In this document: in pieces, positions 39,298-48,984 of the stretch
How the letters are laid out: every line of letters starts with the position of its first letter
Numbering within the stretch: the first letter of the stretch is position 1
Assembly (NCBI GenBank): GCA_963667015.2
Contig: CAXXJJ010000001.1
Location: forward strand, 768,001 to 832,000
Length of the DNA stretch: 64,000 bases
Source of the DNA: Desulfatiglandales bacterium
GTDB lineage: Bacteria > Desulfobacterota > DSM-4660 > Desulfatiglandales > HGW-15
Direction of reading: 5' to 3'
Translations under genes and position numbers: made by a program
Notes under the pieces: model-generated
Seen by the model: the letters and a program-made list of their open reading frames with translations, nothing else
What the model was told of the DNA's origin: nothing
Database searches by the model: none

Positions 39298-40287
39298 ATG
39301 CTGACAAAGAGACAGAATTTTTTAGAAACTATCAACGGCGGAAATCCTGACAGGTTTGTAAAGCAGTACGAACCATTTGGTTTTATCTTTGCAAACCCTG
39401 TTTCAACGGCTTACCCTTATCCAAAACCAGGTGGTCCGGAGATCGTAAACGGGTGGGGGGTTACCATAAGATTCCAGGAAAACACACCCGGGCCCTTTCC
39501 CGTGCATGATGATGAACACAGGGTGGTAAAGGATATCACAAAATGGAAAGAGACGGCAAAGGCGCCTAACCTTGACTATCCTCAGGAGGCATGGGATCAG
39601 TTTAAACCTCCTGCAGAGGCAATCGACCGCAATGAACTCTTTGCAACCTGCCTTATTGCGCCGGGTGTATTTGAACAGCTTCATTACCTGATGGGCATGG
39701 AAGACTGCCTGATAAATTTCTACCAGGAACCGGAGGCAGTGAAGGAGCTCATCAATTACATAACGCAGTATGAACTCGATTACGCAAAACTGCTCTGTGA
39801 TAATTTCCATCCTGATGCGCTTCTGCACCATGACGATTGGGGCAGCCATCGTTCATCATTCCTGTCTCCGCAGATGTTTGAAGAGTTTATTGTCCCGGCA
39901 TACAAAAAGATATACGGGTTCTACAAGGCAAACGGTGTAGAGATAATTGTTCACCACAGCGATTCATATGCCGCAAACCTTGTCCCGTACATGATAGATA
40001 TGGGCATAGACGTGTTCCAGGGATGCGTTACAACAAATAATGTTCCGGAGCTGGTGAGGGAATACGGCGGAAGGATCTCCTTCATGGGGGATATAGACAA
40101 CGGCGTGGTGGACTGTGCAGGCTGGACACAGGAACTTATCGCAGGGGAGGTAAGGAGGGCATGCGAAACCAACGGCAAACTGTACTTTATCCCGTGTCTT
40201 GCAGCAGGGGGCCCGGGCAGCACATTTCCCGGGGTTTATGATGCAGTAAGCGCAGAAATAGATAAGATGAGCAATGAGTTGTTTTAA
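39298..40287 (+). CDS. Uroporphyrinogen decarboxylase-superfamily protein (corrinoid methyltransferase MT-I-like)
   Basis: MLTKRQNFLETI, GVFEQLHYLMGME, HHDDWG, HHSDS, FMGDID; AAGGAG RBS before ATG 39298. Confidence 0.85.
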   Translation: MLTKRQNFLETINGGNPDRFVKQYEPFGFIFANPVSTAYPYPKPGGPEIVNGWGVTIRFQENTPGPFPVHDDEHRVVKDITKWKETAKAPNLDYPQEAWDQFKPPAEAIDRNELFATCLIAPGVFEQLHYLMGMEDCLINFYQEPEAVKELINYITQYELDYAKLLCDNFHPDALLHHDDWGSHRSSFLSPQMFEEFIVPAYKKIYGFYKANGVEIIVHHSDSYAANLVPYMIDMGIDVFQGCVTTNNVPELVREYGGRISFMGDIDNGVVDCAGWTQELIAGEVRRACETNGKLYFIPCLAAGGPGSTFPGVYDAVSAEIDKMSNELF

Positions 40288-40369
40288 CCTTGAATCTTGA
40301 ATATTGAATTCATTTTCACTAACAGCCGGACAGCATTATCCGGCACCAAATACAGAAAGGGGTAACAAA

Positions 40370-40960
40370 ATGAAAAAAACAGATACATACAAAAAATTCA
40401 AACTGATCGCTATCCTGGCTCTCCTGGGGCTTATGACTGCCTGCTCCCAGGCACCTCAACAGACAACACCGCCCGAGCTGACACAGCTTATGGAGCGCAT
40501 CGCAATCGAGGATCTCTTTATCGATTACTATGCCCAGTTCAGGCCGGACAGCAAGCATGATTTTAAGGCCTTCTTTACTGAAGACGGCAGGCTAGAGGTT
40601 AACGGCCTGGTCTATGACGGCCTGGAAGAGATCAAGGCCATATATGGTCAGCTCAATGCCGATGACGATGAGGAAACAGAGCCGAAGGCTGAAAATGCCG
40701 TACCTGAGGGTGTCTCAGAGATGATGCTGACAAACATGAAGATCGATGTGCAGGGTGACACTGCTGTTGCAACATTTCTCTGGCACAGCATCAAGGCAGA
40801 TCTGCTGACAACACAGGGTAAGATTACAGAGTACGGTCGTGAAAGGACCGAACTGGTCAAGAAGGACGGGCGCTGGCTCATCAAAAACCGTGTGGTTTTA
40901 ACAGAAGGGGGTATGCCCGAGGCGCTCCTGCCAACCTATCCGAAAAAAAAGGTTCTATAA
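40370..40960 (+). CDS. SnoaL/NTF2-like lipoprotein
   Basis: Lipobox MTAC; ERIAIEDL..DY, FTEDG, IDVQGDTA, LVKKDGRWLIKNR. Confidence 0.85.
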   Translation: MKKTDTYKKFKLIAILALLGLMTACSQAPQQTTPPELTQLMERIAIEDLFIDYYAQFRPDSKHDFKAFFTEDGRLEVNGLVYDGLEEIKAIYGQLNADDDEETEPKAENAVPEGVSEMMLTNMKIDVQGDTAVATFLWHSIKADLLTTQGKITEYGRERTELVKKDGRWLIKNRVVLTEGGMPEALLPTYPKKKVL

Positions 40961-40965
40961 TCTTT

Positions 40966-41013
40966 ACCCTGTTAAACTCTGGCTTAAGGCCTTCAGTGGG
41001 GGTTTAACAGGGT
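40966..41013. repeat. Palindromic element family A, copy 1
   Basis: ACCCTGTTAAAC...GTTTAACAGGGT. Confidence 0.85.
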
Positions 41014-41100
41014 GAATTTTAAATTGATAACTGAAAATATATCATCGTGCCGTGCGCAGGGTGTCATCTCTAAACTGCAGGGAGAGATCCTGCTTTCAGG

Positions 41101-41128
41101 GTAGGGGCACGACGCATCGTGCCCTTAC
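41101..41128. repeat. GTAG-type REP-like palindrome
   Basis: GTAGGGGCACGA-CGCA-TCGTGCCCTTAC. Confidence 0.8.
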
Positions 41129-41177
41129 AGTAAAAACGTCGAAATTGACATATAGGCATTACATCGGTGACAGGATA

Positions 41178-42329
41178 CTATGGCCATCTATTCGGCTTAA
41201 GCTGCAGTAGAAAATCCTTAACCGGCCAGCAGGTTATTCCATCTATAGCCAGTTTCTCTGTACCACGATAAAGAAGTATCGCACTGGACTCGGGATAATC
41301 CACCAGGAATGTTTTTAGCGATCTCAGGCTCTGGGGATGTATCTGCATACTGTTTTTTACCTCAATTGCATGGAAGTTGTTTTCACCATACAGGATAAAA
41401 TCGACCTCAGAGCCGCCTCTTGTCCTCCAGAAATAGCAGTTCACCTGATCATCAGTATAGTCACACCATGCCTTTAGATGTTGAAGCACCAGACCTTCCA
41501 GAGCGATACCTCCTGTTTCATCAGGACTGTCAAGAGGTCCCCTGGGCCGCAGGTGATAATAGACTCCTGCGTCAAACAAATAAAATTTTTCCTGTGCAGT
41601 CATTGCACGTTTAGCCCGTTTATTAAAAACAGGTATTTTATATCCAACTAAAAGATCTTCAATAATGGACATGTAGTTTTCAACCACCTTTCGTGATACC
41701 TGGCATTCCCTGGCAATATTGCTAAGGTTTAAAATGCTGCCATGAGAAAAACTGACAGTCTCCAGAAATCGGGCGAACGCTCCGATATCTCTTACCAATC
41801 CTTCTTCTTTTACTTCCTCCTTGAGGTAAAGGGTAATATAGGCATCCAGTGTCTTGCCCGGTGTTTCCGAAGATACGACTAACGGGATAAGCCCGTATTT
41901 AAGTGCTGTATCAAGTGAAAAGTTCTCATTCAACTCAGAGGCAATGAAAGGATGAAAATGATTCAACAAGGCACGACCGGCAAGCAGGTTAACTCCCCCG
42001 CGGCGAAGTTTACGGGCACTGGAGCCGGTCAGAATAAACTGATGTGTTTTGTATTTCTCGATCAGGCTATGGACAGTGTCAAGTAATGCCGGCGCTTTTT
42101 GTACTTCGTCTATGATATAACACCTTGTATCAGGATTTGCCTCTACTACCTGCTTTATTCTCTCCGGATGTGCAATATATTCTCTAAAGGTCTTCTCATC
42201 CAGCAGATCAATGAGGTACGCATCCTGAAAATTTTTTTTAAGCCATGTAGACTTGCCCGTTCCTCTTGGGCCGAATATAAAGAAGCTGCCGCCGGGTGAA
42301 TTAAAAAATCTTTTTGTATATTTTTCCAT
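41178..42329 (-). CDS. AAA_14 ATPase with DUF4143 and C-terminal PD-(D/E)XK-like domain
   Basis: GPRGTGKST, IIDEVQK, LTGSSA, LAGR, KFYLFDAG, EVDF..AIEVK. Confidence 0.92.
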   Translation of the reverse strand: MEKYTKRFFNSPGGSFFIFGPRGTGKSTWLKKNFQDAYLIDLLDEKTFREYIAHPERIKQVVEANPDTRCYIIDEVQKAPALLDTVHSLIEKYKTHQFILTGSSARKLRRGGVNLLAGRALLNHFHPFIASELNENFSLDTALKYGLIPLVVSSETPGKTLDAYITLYLKEEVKEEGLVRDIGAFARFLETVSFSHGSILNLSNIARECQVSRKVVENYMSIIEDLLVGYKIPVFNKRAKRAMTAQEKFYLFDAGVYYHLRPRGPLDSPDETGGIALEGLVLQHLKAWCDYTDDQVNCYFWRTRGGSEVDFILYGENNFHAIEVKNSMQIHPQSLRSLKTFLVDYPESSAILLYRGTEKLAIDGITCWPVKDFLLQLKPNRWP

Positions 42330-42590
42330 TTAAATTTCTCCAAAAATATATCGCAATATTTACCTTTAAGGTTAAATTTGCGACCTAATTTTATCCTGTC
42401 AGGTTATTTTTGCAACATTTTTTTAACATCCTCCAGCAACAGACAGCAAACCATCCACTGCAAACGCTTGTTTTTTAAATAAGAGTTTGCTAAAAAATCC
42501 TACCAGAAAGAGAGGAAAAGTCGGCCTTTTAAAAAAGACTTCACCCGATTAAATCCTTAATATTATTCTCTTCCCGCACCGGAGACCGTA

Positions 42591-43010
42591 ATGAAAAGAT
42601 ATTTTATCATCATCCCTATACTGGTCCTGTTTTCCTGCACTGTCTTTGCCGCGCAAAAGAAGAGAGGCCTTTCGGACAGCGAAATATCCGGACTGCTGAC
42701 AAGCAAATGGCGGGTAATGCTGAGTGAGGACAATACAAAGCTGGATGCGGTAAATGAATACCGGTCCGATGGAACCATGGTCCAGGAAGGCAGATTGACA
42801 GTCTCCGGCAAACGAATGAATATACATATTGAATCAACATGGAAGGTTGAAAAGGGCAAACTGATATCTACACTGGTATCCATAAGTCCCCGGGGCATAC
42901 TTCCGGCAGGTTTAACAACAACTGATACGGTAATTTCGATCGATAAAACGGAGTATGTTTTCCGGGATGACAAAACAGGTAAACGGCAGACCTACTACCG
43001 AATGAAATAA
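42591..43010 (+). CDS. Secreted hypothetical protein, lipocalin-like beta-barrel
   Basis: Signal peptide; W...Y.SDG...TWKVEKGKL; resembles the C-terminus of 62618-63583. Confidence 0.7.
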   Translation: MKRYFIIIPILVLFSCTVFAAQKKRGLSDSEISGLLTSKWRVMLSEDNTKLDAVNEYRSDGTMVQEGRLTVSGKRMNIHIESTWKVEKGKLISTLVSISPRGILPAGLTTTDTVISIDKTEYVFRDDKTGKRQTYYRMK

Positions 43011-43094
43011 CATGCTGCTAATCCTGAACCAGGAACCGTTTTAAAATCTTTAATCTTGAATTTTGAATCTATATTCATTCTGTCAGGAGAGCAG

Positions 43095-43838
43095 ATGGAG
43101 TGTCCAAAGTGCGGATTTGATCAGGCAGTAGGAGTTGATGAATGCCCCAGGTGCGGAATAGTGTATTCAAAAATCCGGAAGTCCCTGGAACCGGCTGCAG
43201 CGCCGGTTATTCCTGATGAGGAAGATGAGGTTAAAGAACCTCAGGGTATCTTTGAGGTTATCAGGGAGCTGCTTTTTGATGTCAGGTTTGAGATAAACCC
43301 CTTTGTATTCGGAGGAAGGGTACTGTTTTTTATTGTCATGATTGTCTGGGGAGTGGTCCTGATGAGCGCATCAATAGAAAGCAACGATGTGGCACAGTCC
43401 TTCTGGCATCTTGTCAATCTGCCCTTTCATGAGGCAGGGCATGTTGTCTTCAGGGCATTCGGGAGGATCATGCATTCACTGGGAGGCAGCCTGGGTCAAC
43501 TGCTCATGCCTGTAATCTGTTTCTTGGTATTCCTGTTAAAGACAAGGGATCAGTTTGCTGCATCCTTTTCCATATGGTGGCTTGGTGAAAACTTTCTTGA
43601 TATGGCACCATATATCAATGATGCAAGGTCTCTCTCACTTCCGCTGCTGGGCGGAAATACCGGGTACTCATCCCCATACGGTTTTCATGACTGGGAGTTC
43701 ATCTTAACCGAACTCGGCCTGGCCCGGCATGATCATCTTCTGGCAGGATGCTCAAGGTTGACCGGCATATTTTTAATGGCCCTTTCATTTATCTGGTGTG
43801 CCTATGTACTGATCATGCAGTATAGGCATTTGAAATGA
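43095..43838 (+). CDS. Zinc-ribbon membrane protein with HExxH motif (M50B-like peptidase)
   Basis: CPKC..CPRC, NLPFHEAGH, GGSLGQ, HDW; AGGAG RBS. Confidence 0.8.
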   Translation: MECPKCGFDQAVGVDECPRCGIVYSKIRKSLEPAAAPVIPDEEDEVKEPQGIFEVIRELLFDVRFEINPFVFGGRVLFFIVMIVWGVVLMSASIESNDVAQSFWHLVNLPFHEAGHVVFRAFGRIMHSLGGSLGQLLMPVICFLVFLLKTRDQFAASFSIWWLGENFLDMAPYINDARSLSLPLLGGNTGYSSPYGFHDWEFILTELGLARHDHLLAGCSRLTGIFLMALSFIWCAYVLIMQYRHLK

Positions 43839-43964
43839 AATGTTTTTATGATATGGCTGTAAAATATAGATGATATAGCTTGCCTCCAGGATCGAGAGCC
43901 AATTCCCGGCGGTTGTATGGGAAATACCTGTGTAGTTTGCCGGGCTGTTAAGACTCAATAACTG
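43836..43964 (-). pseudogene. Internal remnant of an AAA_14/DUF4143 ATPase gene
   Basis: QLLSLNS.AN.TGISHTTAGNWLSILEASYIIYILQPYHKNIS matches the winged-helix segment of the family; no Walker motifs. Confidence 0.75.
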
Positions 43965-44049
43965 CAATGGCTTCTGCTCCCTTACTTCTTGTTTTCCATT
44001 GCTTTTCTAACCATAAACCACGTACTATAAACCTTATTTGAATTTGCTC

Positions 44050-44595
44050 TCAGCGTTTGCCTTTGCGTAAAAAGCCGTAAAAAGCGCCGATAGATCCGCC
44101 GACAAGATGGCTGAACTGTGAAATCCGGTCAATCTTTAAGGTTGCCGCCACCTCATTTCCGATAAAAAGAACCGCAATAATTATAAAGGTCAGAGGAATC
44201 TCTTTTGACTTAATATTGGCAAAGGAACCGAGCAGAATCAGCATAAAGGCCAGACCGCTGCCGCCAACCAGGGAATTGGAAAATATGGCGGCATTTAATA
44301 TGGCAGTTGTCACGGCAGTAATAAAAAACATCTCCACAAGCCTTGCAGAACCGTATTTTTCTTCAATCAAAGGTCCGATAAGCAGGATAATCATCAGGTT
44401 CCCCATCAGGTGGGGCCACCCTGCATGGCCGACAGCATAGGAAAACAGCCTGAAATAAAATAACGGGTCAAAAAAAGAAAGGCTTGCCGGAGAAGTAAAT
44501 AATCCGGCAACAGCGCTTGAAAAGGAGAGGAATAAAACAGTAATGGAAATTATCGTATAGGTCAGAATAACTGGTGAATTATATTTTATTTTCAT
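44050..44595 (-). CDS. Rhomboid family intramembrane serine protease
   Basis: HAGWPHLMGN, GPLIEEKYG, GGSG (GxSG), SHLVGG. Confidence 0.9.
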   Translation of the reverse strand: MKIKYNSPVILTYTIISITVLFLSFSSAVAGLFTSPASLSFFDPLFYFRLFSYAVGHAGWPHLMGNLMIILLIGPLIEEKYGSARLVEMFFITAVTTAILNAAIFSNSLVGGSGLAFMLILLGSFANIKSKEIPLTFIIIAVLFIGNEVAATLKIDRISQFSHLVGGSIGAFYGFLRKGKR

Positions 44596-44659
44596 TTCAG
44601 GGATATCCTGGTTAAATACATGATATACGGGATGTTTTTTTACAGTACCCGATATGCCA

Positions 44660-45304
44660 TCAAAAAAAGATAAAGGTCTTCAACAGGAAATTCCGCAACC
44701 CGAACAGCACTTTGTCGAATACATTCCATAATCCCGGCATGTTTATTACAATAATCAAAATTATGAAACCCACGCCTGACCGGCCGAGTTTTTCATAACC
44801 GCGCCGCAATTCCTGCGGCAGCAGATATTTAAAAAGATGGCTGCCGTCAAGCGGCGGTATGGGAATCAGATTGAACATGGCAAGAACAATATTAAGGAGT
44901 GCCACTTTCAGCAGCACTGTAACTGCCAGCTTTGCCAGCGAATCGCCGAAAATCAATACAACGACATTGAGCAGCAGGATCATTGCCACTGCTATCAAAA
45001 AGTTTACCGCGACGCCTGCGACCGAAACGCAGATATCTCCCAGGACAGGCCGCTGGTAATTATATGGGTTTACCGGAACAGGCTTTGCCCCGCCTATGAT
45101 AAACGTCCCCTTGGAAAGGATATAGGCAACGACCGGTATAACTACAGTCCACATCGGGTCAATATGGGGGATCGGGTTTAATGTGAGGCGACCCCGGTCT
45201 TTGGCTGTCCGGTCTCCGAAAAGCAGGGCAACATAGCCGTGCGCCATCTCGTGGAGAACGATACTTTCCACCAGCAATGCGATTACAAAAATGTTTACTA
45301 TCAT
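44660..45304 (-). CDS. Site-2 protease family (M50) metalloprotease
   Basis: LHEMAHG, GRLTLNP, AKPVPVNP, FNLIPIPPLDG. Confidence 0.95.
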   Translation of the reverse strand: MIVNIFVIALLVESIVLHEMAHGYVALLFGDRTAKDRGRLTLNPIPHIDPMWTVVIPVVAYILSKGTFIIGGAKPVPVNPYNYQRPVLGDICVSVAGVAVNFLIAVAMILLLNVVVLIFGDSLAKLAVTVLLKVALLNIVLAMFNLIPIPPLDGSHLFKYLLPQELRRGYEKLGRSGVGFIILIIVINMPGLWNVFDKVLFGLRNFLLKTFIFF

Positions 45305-45579
45305 TTCACTCCTTTTAACAAGGTGAATGTTCTATGGTTTATAAGCATAAACCAGATACCAGGAACCATAAACTGCCTTTTCCCTGCCCGCTTACCCTGG
45401 CCGGCATAACCCGGGCAACAAGGGAAATATTGAATCCTGAATATATCCTGGATTGTTTATTGATAACTGTTCATTGAAAAGAGTTATTTGGTTAATAAGG
45501 AATTGTCCTCTACTACGACTCACTGCGAATTCAAAAAAACGATTACAGCGGGCAAGAGAGGACTTACCCTTTTTTTGAT

Positions 45580-45774
45580 TTACTTAAGTTTCCGGATGTC
45601 TCCACCTGTATTGCCTGCAACCGCTTCATACTCTTCCAGAATTTTTTTAAATTCCGGTACTCCCGAAGAAATATCAGTATTTCTTAATTTTCTTTTCCTG
45701 TCTCTCAAAGGGTACAGATCTCGCCCCAGGCCCAGGTCAATGGCTTTTTGGTTCAACAATTCTGAAACTTTCAT
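45580..45774 (-). CDS. Short hypothetical protein, possibly a gene remnant
   Basis: 64-aa ORF; ATG overlaps a TGA (ATGA) of an upstream broken frame. Confidence 0.35.
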   Translation of the reverse strand: MKVSELLNQKAIDLGLGRDLYPLRDRKRKLRNTDISSGVPEFKKILEEYEAVAGNTGGDIRKLK

Positions 45775-46013
45775 TCTTCAACCCTTTTATAAATCAAGGC
45801 ATCTCCGCTACCACTGGTACGACTACCCCGGTTTTAAAGTTGCTTAATTTATTTCCCTCCTGTTCCATCTTTTGTATATAAGCTTCACACTGATTAGAGG
45901 CATAATCTGAGTAATCGGCATAGGCTTATGATAACACAGCCAGATTTATCATGAATAAAAGTAAAAAGTAAACATGATCTTCTCATGAAATATCTCTCTT
46001 GTTGATCCTTTAT

Positions 46014-48116
46014 TTATGCCGAAGCAAGTTTTTTATAAAGCAGATTCGCAGCATATTTCAGGCCGAGCTCTTCGAGGGTCTTCCTCTCAGGATAACCCGA
46101 ATCCTCATCCCAGCCTTCAATCTCATAAAAATAGCTCTTCCACTGTTCCACACCATCTTCGGTCAGATAGAGTTCTTTGCAGTCCTTCCATTCCCAGTTT
46201 TTTCCATCGTATACCGGTTTTATGTTGTAAAATCCGCAATAGGAGGCTCCGGGTCTATACATGTACCCGTTAAATTTTTCCATCTTTCTGTGCCGGCCCT
46301 GAAGGGCAAAAATTACCCGTTTTAAATTCCAGGCACGTCTCCCCATTTCAAGCCCATCCTCAAAGGTGTGATTTCTTCCGGTGATTGTATTGAGCCAGCG
46401 CGGTTCGGCCTCGGGAGTATAGCCATGGCCCTTAGGGTGATCTGCATTAAACAGTTTGGTATAACCCCAGTCGCAGAATCCAACCGATTCCTTGTAATAG
46501 GTCCAGTAATGCATGCGCCATGCTACAAATTCTGCCTTATGTTTTGAAAAGACACCCGTCTTGTGTGCCTGCTTACCCTCCCAGCTGAAGTCAAACCAGA
46601 AGGGGTTATTGCGTGTAGTACGTTCTGCATGAACCTTTACAAAATCCTCACATGACCATTTGTTTTCACTTTTACCGCCCAGCCCCATTAAACCCACTGC
46701 CGGGTTTGCCAGGTCTATATCATGACTGTTGATGTCCCTTGAATCCATAAGGTTGCCGTAGGCCCAGTCAACCCCGGGCATGGACCAGTGATCCACGTAA
46801 CCCCAGTTGGTCAGCCTGGCCAGGGTATTGAAGTCATCTGTCCGGCCAAGTATATCGGCCATGCGCGCGGTTCCCTCGGCCAGCAGGTCGCCTATTCCAA
46901 AACGGTTTGCAAGGGCGATTCCATAGATCTCCATGAATTCCTGCGTGGCGCGCTTTTTCATATCGAGAGGAGACATGTCATATTTTGTGCCCGGGCCGAT
47001 AACTCCCAGGTCATACATTCTATTCATATACCAGCCAAGGGCAGTATAGGCGGGTACCTCCGGCTGGATCGGGAAATCAGGATTATGATCGGTTTTAAAT
47101 GTGAGGGGCCCCATAAAACATGTTTCCATACCGTTTATACCGAGCTGCTGGACAAGGTCAGTCCCCTTTGCATTAATCCTGAATTTTTCCGCATCGGTCA
47201 TTCCCCCTGCATCCTGGGGCGTAAGGTAGAACCATCCGGCCTCTGCACAGCCATCCGATTCATGGCCGTGAACCTTATCCCGGTTATGACACTTTCTCAC
47301 CTGCCCGCAGCCGATACAGCATGACGATACCCCCTGACCGGCGAAAGGGGGAGGTCCGGGCGGCCACTCCCGGTCATACCAGTCCCTGGTATCCTTCAAT
47401 CCTTTCGGATCTGCTATTTTAATGCCCTTTGTTCCCAGGAAGGCAATTGCCTTGAGGTTCTTGGATCCGAACACTCCGCCGAATCCGCCCTGTCCTGCGC
47501 CGCTTCCGCCTCCGTGAATCAGGGAAGCCACCCTGGTCATGTTTTCACCTGCAGCGCCTATAGTTACAATGGCAGGTCTCTGGAGTGTATACCTGTCTTC
47601 AATTCTCTGCCACTCCTCGCCGTATCTAACGCCGGATCTCTTCCAGATCTCCTCCTGGCATTCCCATGTAGTAAGACCCCACAAATCCCTGGCATCTTCA
47701 ATGGTAACGTGATCATCTACTACATTGATATATACCGGGGATTCGGCCCTGCCAATGACCGCCACACCGTCCCAGCCGGCCATCTTCATAAAGGCCCCGA
47801 ACATGCCGCCGAAATTGCTGTGCCCGAACCACTGTATGGGATAACACTGGGGCGACAGCCCCGAAACACTGGTCCTTGCCGCCCATGGCACCCCTGTCCC
47901 GCTTACCGGACCGGTCACCAGGGCAACCATATTTTTCGGGTGAAAGGCATCCTGCATATCCCAGTCTCCCGGCGCCACGCAGTAATCCCAGAAAAGTGCC
48001 GTGGCTATTCCATGCCCGCCGCCGAATTGTTCATATTTTTCCGTGTCCAGCGCGGTTATCTGTTTATTTGTCAGATTAACTAAAAGTAATTTTCCGCCAA
48101 ATCCGGGTGTAGCCAT
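46014..48116 (-). CDS. Aldehyde:ferredoxin oxidoreductase (W/Mo-pterin AOR family)
   Basis: GKLLLVNLT, GGGHG, TGPVSGT, SNFGG, AGWDG, GQGGFGGVFGSKNLKAI, GDLLAEG, GWD..SGYP..TLEELGL; AAGGAG RBS. Confidence 0.92.
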   Translation of the reverse strand: MATPGFGGKLLLVNLTNKQITALDTEKYEQFGGGHGIATALFWDYCVAPGDWDMQDAFHPKNMVALVTGPVSGTGVPWAARTSVSGLSPQCYPIQWFGHSNFGGMFGAFMKMAGWDGVAVIGRAESPVYINVVDDHVTIEDARDLWGLTTWECQEEIWKRSGVRYGEEWQRIEDRYTLQRPAIVTIGAAGENMTRVASLIHGGGSGAGQGGFGGVFGSKNLKAIAFLGTKGIKIADPKGLKDTRDWYDREWPPGPPPFAGQGVSSCCIGCGQVRKCHNRDKVHGHESDGCAEAGWFYLTPQDAGGMTDAEKFRINAKGTDLVQQLGINGMETCFMGPLTFKTDHNPDFPIQPEVPAYTALGWYMNRMYDLGVIGPGTKYDMSPLDMKKRATQEFMEIYGIALANRFGIGDLLAEGTARMADILGRTDDFNTLARLTNWGYVDHWSMPGVDWAYGNLMDSRDINSHDIDLANPAVGLMGLGGKSENKWSCEDFVKVHAERTTRNNPFWFDFSWEGKQAHKTGVFSKHKAEFVAWRMHYWTYYKESVGFCDWGYTKLFNADHPKGHGYTPEAEPRWLNTITGRNHTFEDGLEMGRRAWNLKRVIFALQGRHRKMEKFNGYMYRPGASYCGFYNIKPVYDGKNWEWKDCKELYLTEDGVEQWKSYFYEIEGWDEDSGYPERKTLEELGLKYAANLLYKKLASA

Positions 48117-48133
48117 AATAGTACTCCTTTCCT

Positions 48134-48280
48134 TTACTCATGGTTAGTCTTTGCCTTTGGGGCCCCAAAACTTTTTGGTATGGGTTTATATTTAAATCTG
48201 CGGGTCAGGAAATCACGCCTCGAATAATTCTTTTTTCCGGATTTTTCAGGGGTGGCTTTTTCGTCTTGAGCCATTGTCAT
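48134..48280 (-). pseudogene. 48-aa twin-arginine leader peptide; probable internally deleted Tat-exported partner subunit of AOR
   Basis: GGAGG RBS, MTMAQDEK...YSRRDFL with no hydrophobic h-region; ends 17 bp before aor. Confidence 0.6.
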
Positions 48281-48661
48281 AAACGGTACCTCCATTACTT
48301 TAAAAGTTAATGTGGTCATCGCCGCTGTCGGTACAAAATCAGCAGAACCTGTAACAATGTTATTCGATGTAATATGTTATCTTAAACATAATAAGCAGAT
48401 ATTTAATTTTTGTAAATAATAAAGAATCCACCCCTTCCGGGGACGGCATTGTGATTTCAGCAGACCCACCCCCGATTCACTAACACCTGTTCTATTAAAC
48501 CACGAACCACACGAAAAAAAACGTTATGAAAATAAATGTTTCAGGGCCGTCATTCCCGCGGACAGACTGTGTCGTGTACTATTATCGTTTTCAAGCTTTA
48601 TAAACTTTATCAGGCTGATTGGCTTGTTAAGATCAACAAGAAGATCCATATCACTTTTTTG

Positions 48662-48758
48662 ATTGCGAAGCGCAAGGTTTAATACCTCGTCGCTTGCGGC
48701 GATTAAACAGATTTATTCATTATTTGATACCCCGCTGCTTGCAGCGGGGCAGTTCATT
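48662..48758. mobile_element. ~97-bp non-coding double-hairpin element (IS200/IS605-end-like), copy 1
   Basis: Near-identical to 61023-61118; CCCCGCTGC-TT-GCAGCGGGG hairpin followed by AGTTCATT. Confidence 0.7.
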
Positions 48759-48829
48759 TTGCTTTTTTCCTTTTTTTTATGTGCTATGCTATCTTCCCGC
48801 TTTTCACAATATCGCGTGATTCTGTTTTC

Positions 48830-48859
48830 TTGACATCCTGATAAAAACTCTCCTATACT
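48830..48859 (+). promoter_or_regulatory. Sigma70-type promoter
   Basis: TTGACA-N18-TATACT. Confidence 0.6.
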
Positions 48860-48984
48860 CACATCTCAAAAAGTGACTTCTCATAAATTCAAATGGCATT
48901 TGAAGTACCTGTATTCATTATTGTTACAGGCTTGGTAATCAGGCGCCTTTATCGACGCTACGATACCGGGTCGGAGGAGGAATC

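Noticed and set aside
42441..42470. c-di-GMP-I riboswitch start (GCAAACCATC)
   Set aside because: The downstream GNRA loop and GCAAAG/P3 elements are absent.
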